From the NCBI GenBank assembly GCA_964057225.1, contig OZ059895.1:22444001-22508000 (forward strand): a stretch of DNA of 64,000 nucleotides, written 5' to 3'. A program made the translations under genes and the position numbers. Below the pieces are notes generated by a model. It saw only the letters and a program-made list of their open reading frames with translations, did no database searches and had not been told where the DNA came from. Shown here one piece after another: positions 13,888 through 26,202 of this stretch. The DNA is from Auanema rhodensis (taxonomy: Eukaryota > Animalia > Nematoda). How positions within the stretch are numbered: position 1 is the stretch's first letter; each line of letters starts with the position of its first letter.

Positions 13888-16800
13888 TTATGCTAATTAA
13901 GTGTACACGTGATGTGCACTCGGTATGTAACTCGCTTCACGTGAAATATGAAGAGATGCGGTTTTCGAAATCAGATTCCCCATGTCCATATTAGTCTAAA
14001 AACAAATTTTTATTGATATTGGTGCATGGCAACCATGACTTTAAAATTTACGTGAACTTTAATTTATGCTAATTAAGTGTACACATGATGTGCACTTGGT
14101 ATGTAACTCGCTTCACGTCAAAGATAAAGAGATGCGGTTTTCAAAATTAGATTTCGCATGTCCATATTAGTCTAAAAACAAATTTTTATTGATATTGGTG
14201 CATGGTAACCATGACTTTAAAATTTACGTGAACTTTAATTTATGCTAATTAAGTGTACACATGATGTGCGCTTGGTATGTAACTCGCTTCACGTGAAAGA
14301 TAAAGAGATGTGGTTTTCAAAAAAGATTTCCCATGTCCATATTAGTCTAAAAACGAATTTTTATTGATATTGATTCATGGTAACCATGACTTTGAAATTT
14401 ACGTGAACTTTAATTTATGCTAATTAAGTGTACACGTGATGTGCACTTGGTATGTAACTCGCTTCACGTGAAAGATAAAGGGATGCGGTTTTCAAAATTA
14501 GATTCCCCATGTCCATATTAGTCTAAAAACAAATTTTTGTTGATATTGGTGCTTGGTAACCATGACTTTGAAATTTACGTGAACTTTAATTTATGCTAAT
14601 TAAGTGAACACATGATGTGCACTTAGTATGTAACTCGCTTCACGTGAAAGATAAAGAGATGTGGTTTTCAAAATTAGATTTCGCATGTCCATATTAGTCT
14701 AAAAACAAATTTTTATTGATATTGGTGCATGGTAACCATGACTTTAAAATTTACGTGAACTTTAATTTATGCTAATTAAGTGTACACATGATGTGCGCTT
14801 GGTATGTAACTCGCTTCACGTGAAAGATAAAGAGATGCGGTTTTCAAAATTAGATTCCTCATGTCCATATTAGTCTAAAAACGAATTTTTATTGATACTG
14901 ATGCATGGTAACCATGACTTTGAAATTTACGTGAACTTTAATTTATGCTTATTAAGTGTACACATGATGTGCGCTTGGTATGTAACTCGCTTCACGTGAA
15001 AGATACAGAGATGCGGTTTTCAAAATTAGATTCCTCATGTCCATATTAGTCTAAAAACGAATTTTTATTGATATTGATGCATGGTAACCATGACTTTGAA
15101 ATTTACGTGAACTTTAATTTATGCTTATTAAGTGTACACGTGATGTGCACTTGGTATGTTACTTGCTTCACGTGAAAGATAAAGGGATGCGGTTTTCAAA
15201 ATTAGATTCCCTATGTCCATATTAGTCTAAAAACAAATTTTTGTTGATATTGGTGGATGGTAACCATGACTTTGAAATTTACGTGAACTTTAATTTATGC
15301 TAATTAAGTGTACACGTGATGTGCACTCGGTATGTAACTCGCTTCACGTGAAATATGAAGAGATGCGGTTTTCAAAATTAGATTCCCCATGTCCATATTA
15401 GTCTAAAAACAAATTTTTATTGATATTGGTGCATGGCAACCATGACTTTAAAATTTACGTGAACTTTAATTTATGCTAATTAAGTGTACACATGATGTGC
15501 ACTTGGTATGTAACTCGCTTCATGTCAAAGATAAAGAGATGCGGTTTTCAAAATTAGATTCCCCATGTCCATATTAGTCTAAAAACAAATTTTTATTAAT
15601 ATTGGTGCATGGTAACCATGACTTTGAAATTTACGTGAACTTTAATTTATGCTAATTAAGTGTACACATGATGTGCACTTGGTATGTAACTCGCTTCACG
15701 TCAAAGATAAAGAGATGCGGTTTTCAAAATTAGATTCCCCATGTCCATATTAGTCTAAAAACAAATTTTTGTTGATATTGGTGAATGGTAACCATGACTT
15801 TGAAATTTACGTGAACTTTAATTTATGCTAATTAAGTGTACACATGATGTGCGCTTGGTATGTAACTTGCTTCACGTGAAAGATAAAGGGATGCGGTTTT
15901 CAAAATTAGATTCCCCATGTCCATATTAGTCTAAAAACAAATTTTTGTTGATATTGGTGGATGGTAACCATGACTTTGAAATTTACGTGAACTTTAATTT
16001 ATGCTAATTAAGTGTACACGTGATGTGCACTCGGTATGTAACTCGCTTCACGTGAAATATGAAGAGATGCGGTTTTCAAAATTAGATTCCCCATGTCCAT
16101 ATTAGTCTAAAAACAAATTTTTATTGATATTGGTGCATGGCAACCATGACTTTAAAATTTACGTGAACTTTAATTTATGCTAATTAAGTGTACGCATGAT
16201 GTGCACTTGGTATGTAACTTGCTTCACGTGAAAGATAAAGGGATGCGGTTTTCAAAATTAGATTCCCCATGTCCATATTAGTCTAAAAACAAATTTTTAT
16301 TAATATTGGTGCTTGGTAACCATGACTTTGAAATTTACGTGAACTTTAATTTATGCTAATTAAGTGAACACATGATGTGCACTTGGTATGTAACTCGCTT
16401 CACGTGAAAGATGGAGAGATGCGGTTTTCAAAATAGATTCCCCATGTCCATATTAGTCTAAAAACGAATTTTTATTGATATTGATTCATGGTAACCATGA
16501 CTTTGAAAATTACGTGAACTTTAATTTATGCTTATTAAGTGTACACGTGATGTGCACTTGGTATGTAACTCGCTTCACGTGAAAGATAAAGGGATGCGGT
16601 TTTCAAAATTAGATTCCCCATGTCCATATTAGTCTAAAAACAAATTTTTATTAATATTGGTGCATGGTAACCATGACTTTGAATTTTACGTGAACTTTAA
16701 TTTATGCTAATTAAGTGTACACATGATGTGCGCTTGGTATGTAACTCGCTTCACGTGAAAGATAAAGAGATGCGGTTTTCAAAATTAGATTCCTCATTTC

Positions 16801-19800
16801 CATATTAGTCTAAAAACAATATTTTATTGATATTGGTGCATGGCAACCATGACTTTAAAATTTACGTGAACTTTAATTTATGCTAATTAAGTGTACACAT
16901 GATGTGCACTTGGTATGTAACTCGCTTCACGTCAAAGATAAAGAGATGCGGTTTTCAAAATTAGATTCCCCATGTCCATATTAGTCTAAAAACAAATTTT
17001 TATTAATATTGGTGCATGGTAACCATGACTTTGAAATTTACGTGAACTTTAATTTATGCTAATTAAGTGTACACATGATGTGCGCTTGGTATGTAACTCG
17101 CTTCACGTGAAAGATAAAGAGATGCGGTTTAAAATTAGATTCCTCATGTCCATACTAGTCTAAAAACGAATTTTTATTGATATTGATGCATGGTAACCAT
17201 GACTTTGAAATTTACGTGAACTTTAATTTATGCTTATTAAGTGTACACGTGATGTGCACTTGGTATGTAACTTGCTTCACGTGAAAGATAAAGGGATGCG
17301 GTTTTCAAATTTAGATTCTCCATGTCCATATTAGTCTAAAAACAAATTTTTGTTGATATTGGTGGATGGTAACCATGACTTTGTAATTTACGTGAACTTT
17401 AATTTATGCTAATTAAGTGTACACGTGATGTGCACTTGGTATGTAACTCGCTTCACGTGAAAGATAAAGAGATGCGGTTTTCAAAATTAGATTCCTCATG
17501 TCCATATTAGTCTAAAAACGAATTTTTATTGATATTGATGCATGGTAACCATGACTTTGAAATTTACGTGAACTTTAATTTATGCTTATTAAGTGTACAC
17601 ATGATGTGCGCTTGGTATGTAACTCGCTTCACGTGAAAGATAAAGAGATGCGGTTTTCAAAATTAGATTCCTCATGTCCATATTAGTCTAAAAACGAATT
17701 TTTATTGATATTGATGCATGGTAACCATGACTTTGAAATTTACGTGAACTTTAATTTATGCTTATTAAGTGTACACGTGATGTGCACTTGGTATGTAACT
17801 TGCTTCACGTGAAAGATAAAGGGATGCGGTTTTCATAATTAGATTCCCCATGTCCATATTAGTCTAAAAACAAATTTTTGTTGATATTGGTGGATGGTAA
17901 CCATGACTTTGAAATTTACGTGAACTTTAATTTATGCTTATTAAGTGTACACGTGATGTGCACTTGGTATGTAACTTGCTTCACGTGAAAGATAAAGGGA
18001 TGCGGTTTTCAAAATTAGATTCCCCATGTCCATATTAGTCTAAAAACAAATTTTTGTTGATATTGGTGGATGGTAACCATGACTTTGAAATTTACGTGAA
18101 CTTTAATTTATGCTAATTAAGTGTACACGTGATGTGCACTCGGTATGTAACTCGCTTCACGTGAAATATGAAGAGATGCGGTTTTCAAAATTAGATTCCC
18201 CATGTCCATATTAGTCTAAAAACAAATTTTTATTGATATTGGTGCATGGCAACCATGACTTTAAAATTTACGTGAACTTTAATTTATGCTAATTAATTGT
18301 ACACATGATGTGCACTTGGTATGTAACTCGCTTCACGTCAAAGATAAAGAGATGCGGTTTTCAAAATTAGATTCCTCATGTCCATATTAGTCTAAAAACG
18401 AATTTTTATTGATATTGATGCATGGTAACCATGACTTTAAAATTTACGTGAACTTTAATTTATGCTAATTAATTGTACACATGATGTGCACTTGGTATGT
18501 AACTCGCTTCACGTCAAAGATAAAGAGATGCGGTTTTCAAAATTAGATTCCTCATGTCCATATTAGTCTAAAAACGAATTTTTATTGATATTGATGCATG
18601 GTAACCATGACTTTGAAATTTACGTGAACTTTAATTTATGCTTATTAAGTGTACACGTGATGTGCACTTGGTATGTAACTTGCTTCACGTGAAAGATAAA
18701 GGGATGCGGTTTTCAAAATTAGATTCCCCATGTTCATATTAGTCTAAAAACAAATTTTTGTTGATATTGGTGGATGGTAACCATGACTTTGTATTTTACG
18801 TGAACTTTAATTTATGCTAATTAAGTGTACACGTGATGTGCACTTGGTATGTAACTTGCTTCACGTGAAAGATAAAGGGATGCGGTTTTCAAAATTAGAT
18901 TCTCCATGTCCATATCAGTCTAAAAACAAATTTTTGTTGATATTGGTGGATGGTAACCATGACTTTGTAATTTACGTGAACTTTAATTTATGCTAATTAA
19001 GTGTACACGTGATGTGCACTTGGTATGTAACTCGCTTCACGTGAAAGATAAAGAGATGCGGTTTTCAAAATTAGATTCCTCATGTCCATATTAGTCTAAA
19101 AACGAATTTTTATTGATATTGATGCATGGTAACCATGACTTTGAAATTTACGTGAACTTTAATTTATGCTTATTAAGTGTACACATGATGTGCGCTTGGT
19201 ATGTAACTCGCTTCACGTGAAAGATAAAGAGATGCGGTTTTCAAAATTAGATTCCCCATGTCCATATTAGTCTAAAAACAAATTTTTATTAATATTGGTG
19301 CTTGGTAACCATGACTTTGAAATTTACGTGAACTTTAATTTATGCTAATTAAGTGAACACATGATGTGCACTTGGTATGTAACTCGCTTCACGTGAAAGA
19401 TAGAGAGATGCGGTTTTCAAAATAGATTCCCCATGTCCATATTAGTCTAAAAACAAATTTTTATTGATATTGATTCATGGTAACCATGACTTTGAAAATT
19501 ACGTGAACTTTAATTTATGCTTATTAAGTGTACACGTGATGTGCACTTGGTATGTAACTCGCTTCACGTGAAAGATAAAGGGATGCGGTTTTCAAAATTA
19601 GATTCCCCATGTCCATATTAGTCTAAAAACAAATTTTTATTAATATTGGTGCATGGTAACCATGACTTTGAATTTTACGTGAACTTTAATTTATGCTAAT
19701 TAAGTGTACACATGATGTGCGCTTGGTATGTAACTCGCTTCACGTGAAAGATAAAGAGATGCGGTTTTCAAAATTAGATTCCCCATTTCCATATTAGTCT

Positions 19801-20746
19801 AAAAACAATATTTTATTGATATTGGTGCATGGCAACCATGACTTTAAAATTTACGTGAACTTTAATTTATGCTAATTAAGTGTACACATGATGTGCACTT
19901 GGTATGTAACTCGCTTCACGTCAAAGATAAAGAGATGCGGTTTTCAAAATTAGATTCCCCATGTCCATATTAGTCTAAAAACGAATTTTTATTGATATTG
20001 ATGCATGGTAACCATGACTTTGTAATTTACGTGAACTTTAATTTATGCTAATTAAGTGTACACGTGATGTGCACTTGGTATGTAACTCGCTTCACGTGAA
20101 AGATAAAGAGATGCGGTTTTCAAAATTAGATTCCCCATGTCCATATTAGTCTAAAAACAAATTTTTATTGATATTGGTGCTTGGTAACCATGACTTTGAA
20201 ATTTACGTGAACTTTAATTTATGCTAATTAAGTGTACACATGATGTGCGCTTGGTATGTAACTCGCTTCACGTGAAAAATAAAGAGATGCGGTTTTCAAA
20301 ATTAGATTCCCCATTTCCATATTAGTCTAAAAACAATATTTTATTGATATTGGTGCATGGCAACCATGACTTTAAAATTTACGTGAACTTTAATTTATGC
20401 TAATTAAGTGTACACATGATGTGCACTTGGTATGTAACTCGCTTCACGTCAAAGATAAAGAGATGCGGTTTTCAAAATTAGATTCCCCATGTCCATACTA
20501 GTCTAAAAACGAATTTTTATTGATATTGATGCATGGTAACCATGACTTTGTAATTTACGTGAACTTTAATTTATGCTAATTAAGTGTACACGTGATGTGC
20601 ACTTGGTATGTAACTCGCTTCACGTGAAAGATAAAGAGATGCGGTTTTCAAAATTAGATTCCCCATGTCCATATTAGTCTAAAAACAAATTTTTATTGAT
20701 ATTGATGCATGGTAACCATGACTTTGAAATTCACGTGAACTTTAAT
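13888..20746 (+). repeat. Transition zone of irregularly ordered and chimeric monomers
   Basis: The 10-mer order breaks down. Chimeric monomers occur at 14240, 14591 and 15119. New variants appear (GTGGATGG from about 15255, AACAATAT from about 16815), and there is a 174-bp monomer at 17054. Confidence 0.75.
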
Positions 20747-23700
20747 TTATGCTTATTAAGTGTACACGTGATGTGCACTTGGTATGTAACTCGCTTCACG
20801 TGAAAGATAAAGGGATGCGGTTTTCAAAATTAGATTCTCCATGTCCATATCAGTCTAAAAACAAATTTTTGTTGATATTGGTGGATGGTAACCATGACTT
20901 TGTAATTTACGTGAACTTTAATTTATGCTAATTAAGTGTACACATGATGTGCGCTTGGTATGTAACTCGCTTCACGTGAAAGATAAAGAGATGCGGTTTT
21001 CAAAATTAGATTCCTCATGTCCATACTAGTCTAAAAACGAATTTTTATTGATATTGATGCATGGTAACCATGACTTTGAAATTTACGTGAACTTTAATTT
21101 ATGCTTATTAAGTGTACACGTGATGTGCACTTGGTATGTAACTCGCTTCACGTGAAAGATAAAGAGATGCGGTTTTCAAAATTAGATTCCTCATGTCCAT
21201 ATTAGTCTAAAAACGAATTTTTATTGATATTGATGCATGGTAACCATGACTTTGAAATTTACGTGAACTTTAATTTATGCTTATTAAGTGTACACATGAT
21301 GTGCGCTTGGTATGTAACTCGCTTCACGTGAAAGATAAAGAGATGCGGTTTTCAAAATTAGATTCCTCATGTCCATATTAGTCTAAAAACGAATTTTTAT
21401 TGATATTGATGCATGGTAACCATGACTTTGAAATTTACGTGAACTTTAATTTATGCTTATTAAGTGTACACGTGATGTGCACTTGGTATGTAACTTGCTT
21501 CACGTGAAAGATAAAGGGATGCGGTTTCCAAAATTAGATTCCCCATGTCCATATTAGTCTAAAAACGAATTTTTATTGATATTGATGCATGGTAACCATG
21601 ACTTTGAAATTTACGTGAACTTTAATTTATGCTTATTAAGTGTACACGTGATGTGCACTTGGTATGTAACTTGCTTCACGTGAAAGATAAAGGGATGCGG
21701 TTTTCAAAATTAGATTCTCCATGTCCATATTAGTCTAAAAACAAATTTTTGTTGATATTGGTGCATGGCAACCATGACTTTAAAATTTACGTGAACTTTA
21801 ATTTATGCTAATTAAGTGTACACATGATGTGCACTTGGTATGTAACTCGCTTCACGTCAAAGATAAAGAGATGCGGTTTTCAAAATTAGATTCCCCATGT
21901 CCATATTAGTCTAAAAACAAATTTTTATTAATATTGGTGCATGGTAACCATGACTTTGAAATTTACGTGAACTTTAATTTATGCTAATTAAGTGTACACA
22001 TGATGTGCGCTTGGTATGTAACTCGCTTCACGTGAAAGATAAAGAGATGCGGTTTTCAAAATTAGATTCCTCATGTCCATACTAGTCTAAAAACGAATTT
22101 TTATTGATATTGATGCATGGTAACCATGACTTTGAAATTCACGTGAACTTTAATTTATGCTTATTAAGTGTACACGTGATGTGCACTTGGTATGTAACTC
22201 GCTTCACGTGAAAGATAAAGGGATGCGGTTTTCAAAATTAGATTCTCCATGTCCATATCAGTCTAAAAACAAATTTTTGTTGATATTGGTGGATGGTAAC
22301 CATGACTTTGTAATTTACGTGAACTTTAATTTATGCTAATTAAGTGTACACATGATGTGCGCTTGGTATGTAACTCGCTTCACGTGAAAGATAAAGAGAT
22401 GCGGTTTTCAAAATTAGATTCCTCATGTCCATAATAGTCTAAAAACGAATTTTTATTGATATTGATGCATGGTAACCATGACTTTGAAATTTACGTGAAC
22501 TTTAATTTATGCTTATTAAGTGTACACGTGATGTGCACTTGGTATGTAACTCGCTTCACGTGAAAGATAAAGAGATGCGGTTTTCAAAATTAGATTCCTC
22601 ATGTCCATATTAGTCTAAAAACGAATTTTTATTGATATTGATGCATGGTAACCATGACTTTGAAATTTACGTGAACTTTAATTTATGCTTATTAAGTGTA
22701 CACATGATGTGCGCTTGGTATGTAACTCGCTTCACGTGAAAGATAAAGAGATGCGGTTTTCAAAATTAGATTCCTCATGTCCATATTAGTCTAAAAACGA
22801 ATTTTTATTGATATTGATGCATGGTAACCATGACTTTGAAATTTACGTGAACTTTAATTTATGCTTATTAAGTGTACACGTGATGTGCACTTGGTATGTA
22901 ACTCGCTTCACGTGAAAGATAAAGAGATGCGGTTTTCAAAATTAGATTCCTCATGTCCATAATAGTCTAAAAACGAATTTTTATTGATATTGATGCATGG
23001 TAACCATGACTTTGAAATTTACGTGAACTTTAATTTATGCTTATTAAGTGTACACGTGATGTGCACTTGGTATGTAACTCGCTTCACGTGAAAGATAAAG
23101 AGATGCGGTTTTCAAAATTAGATTCCTCATGTCCATATTAGTCTAAAAACGAATTTTTATTGATATTGATGCATGGTAACCATGACTTTGAAATTTACGT
23201 GAACTTTAATTTATGCTTATTAAGTGTACACATGATGTGCGCTTGGTATGTAACTCGCTTCACGTGAAAGATAAAGAGATGCGGTTTTCAAAATTAGATT
23301 CCTCATGTCCATATTAGTCTAAAAACGAATTTTTATTGATATTGATGCATGGTAACCATGACTTTGAAATTTACGTGAACTTTAATTTATGCTTATTAAG
23401 TGTACACGTGATGTGCACTTGGTATGTAACTTGCTTCACGTGAAAGATAAAGGGATGCGGTTTCCAAAATTAGATTCCCCATGTCCATATTAGTCTAAAA
23501 ACGAATTTTTATTGATATTGATGCATGGTAACCATGACTTTGAAATTTACGTGAACTTTAATTTATGCTTATTAAGTGTACACATGATGTGCGCTTGGTA
23601 TGTAACTCGCTTCACGTGAAAGATAAAGAGATGCGGTTTTCAAAATTAGATTCCTCATGTCCATATTAGTCTAAAAACGAATTTTTATTGATATTGATGC

Positions 23701-26202
23701 ATGGTAACCATGACTTTGAAATTTACGTGAACTTTAATTTATGCTTATTAAGTGTACACGTGATGTGCACTTGGTATGTAACTCGCTTCACGTGAAAGAT
23801 AAAGGGATGCGGTTTTCAAAATTAGATTCTCCATGTCCATATCAGTCTAAAAACAAATTTTTGTTGATATTGGTGGATGGTAACCATGACTTTGTAATTT
23901 ACGTGAACTTTAATTTATGCTAATTAAGTGTACACATGATGTGCGCTTGGTATGTAACTCGCTTCACGTGAAAGATAAAGAGATGCGGTTTTCAAAATTA
24001 GATTCCTCATGTCCATACTAGTCTAAAAACGAATTTTTATTGATATTGATGCATGGTAACCATGACTTTGAAATTTACGTGAACTTTAATTTATGCTTAT
24101 TAAGTGTACACGTGATGTGCACTTGGTATGTAACTCGCTTCACGTGAAAGATAAAGAGATGCGGTTTTCAAAATTAGATTCCTCATGTCCATATTAGTCT
24201 AAAAACGAATTTTTATTGATATTGATGCATGGTAACCATGACTTTGAAATTTACGTGAACTTTAATTTATGCTTATTAAGTGTACACATGATGTGCGCTT
24301 GGTATGTAACTCGCTTCACGTGAAAGATAAAGAGATGCGGTTTTCAAAATTAGATTCCTCATGTCCATATTAGTCTAAAAACGAATTTTTATTGATATTG
24401 ATGCATGGTAACCATGACTTTGAAATTTACGTGAACTTTAATTTATGCTTATTAAGTGTACACGTGATGTGCACTTGGTATGTAACTTGCTTCACGTGAA
24501 AGATAAAGGGATGCGGTTTCCAAAATTAGATTCCCCATGTCCATATTAGTCTAAAAACGAATTTTTATTGATATTGATGCATGGTAACCATGACTTTGAA
24601 ATTTACGTGAACTTTAATTTATGCTTATTAAGTGTACACGTGATGTGCACTTGGTATGTAACTTGCTTCACGTGAAAGATAAAGGGATGCGGTTTTCAAA
24701 ATTAGATTCTCCATGTCCATATTAGTCTAAAAACAAATTTTTGTTGATATTGGTGCATGGCAACCATGACTTTAAAATTTACGTGAACTTTAATTTATGC
24801 TAATTAAGTGTACACATGATGTGCACTTGGTATGTAACTCGCTTCACGTCAAAGATAAAGAGATGCGGTTTTCAAAATTAGATTCCCCATGTCCATATTA
24901 GTCTAAAAACAAATTTTTATTAATATTGGTGCATGGTAACCATGACTTTGAAATTTACGTGAACTTTAATTTATGCTAATTAAGTGTACACATGATGTGC
25001 GCTTGGTATGTAACTCGCTTCACGTGAAAGATAAAGAGATGCGGTTTTCAAAATTAGATTCCTCATGTCCATACTAGTCTAAAAACGAATTTTTATTGAT
25101 ATTGATGCATGGTAACCATGACTTTGAAATTCACGTGAACTTTAATTTATGCTTATTAAGTGTACACGTGATGTGCACTTGGTATGTAACTCGCTTCACG
25201 TGAAAGATAAAGGGATGCGGTTTTCAAAATTAGATTCTCCATGTCCATATCAGTCTAAAAACAAATTTTTGTTGATATTGGTGGATGGTAACCATGACTT
25301 TGTAATTTACGTGAACTTTAATTTATGCTAATTAAGTGTACACATGATGTGCGCTTGGTATGTAACTCGCTTCACGTGAAAGATAAAGAGATGCGGTTTT
25401 CAAAATTAGATTCCTCATGTCCATAATAGTCTAAAAACGAATTTTTATTGATATTGATGCATGGTAACCATGACTTTGAAATTTACGTGAACTTTAATTT
25501 ATGCTTATTAAGTGTACACGTGATGTGCACTTGGTATGTAACTCGCTTCACGTGAAAGATAAAGAGATGCGGTTTTCAAAATTAGATTCCTCATGTCCAT
25601 ATTAGTCTAAAAACGAATTTTTATTGATATTGATGCATGGTAACCATGACTTTGAAATTTACGTGAACTTTAATTTATGCTTATTAAGTGTACACATGAT
25701 GTGCGCTTGGTATGTAACTCGCTTCACGTGAAAGATAAAGAGATGCGGTTTTCAAAATTAGATTCCTCATGTCCATATTAGTCTAAAAACGAATTTTTAT
25801 TGATATTGATGCATGGTAACCATGACTTTGAAATTTACGTGAACTTTAATTTATGCTTATTAAGTGTACACGTGATGTGCACTTGGTATGTAACTTGCTT
25901 CACGTGAAAGATAAAGGGATGCGGTTTCCAAAATTAGATTCCCCATGTCCATATTAGTCTAAAAACGAATTTTTATTGATATTGATGCATGGTAACCATG
26001 ACTTTGAAATTTACGTGAACTTTAATTTATGCTTATTAAGTGTACACGTGATGTGCACTTGGTATGTAACTTGCTTCACGTGAAAGATAAAGGGATGCGG
26101 TTTTCAAAATTAGATTCCCCATGTCCATATTAGTCTAAAAACAAATTTTTGTTGATATTGGTGGATGGTAACCATGACTTTGTAATTTACGTGAACTTTA
26201 AT
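20747..26202 (+). repeat. 8/9-monomer HOR domain (1408/1584-bp units, 2992-bp super-offset)
   Basis: The marker monomer carrying GATTCTCC...TATCAG starts at 20747, 22155, 23739 and 25147 (spacings 1408, 1584, 1408). All monomers are 176 bp and many are of the CCTCAT/AACGAA/GATGCA type. Confidence 0.88.
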
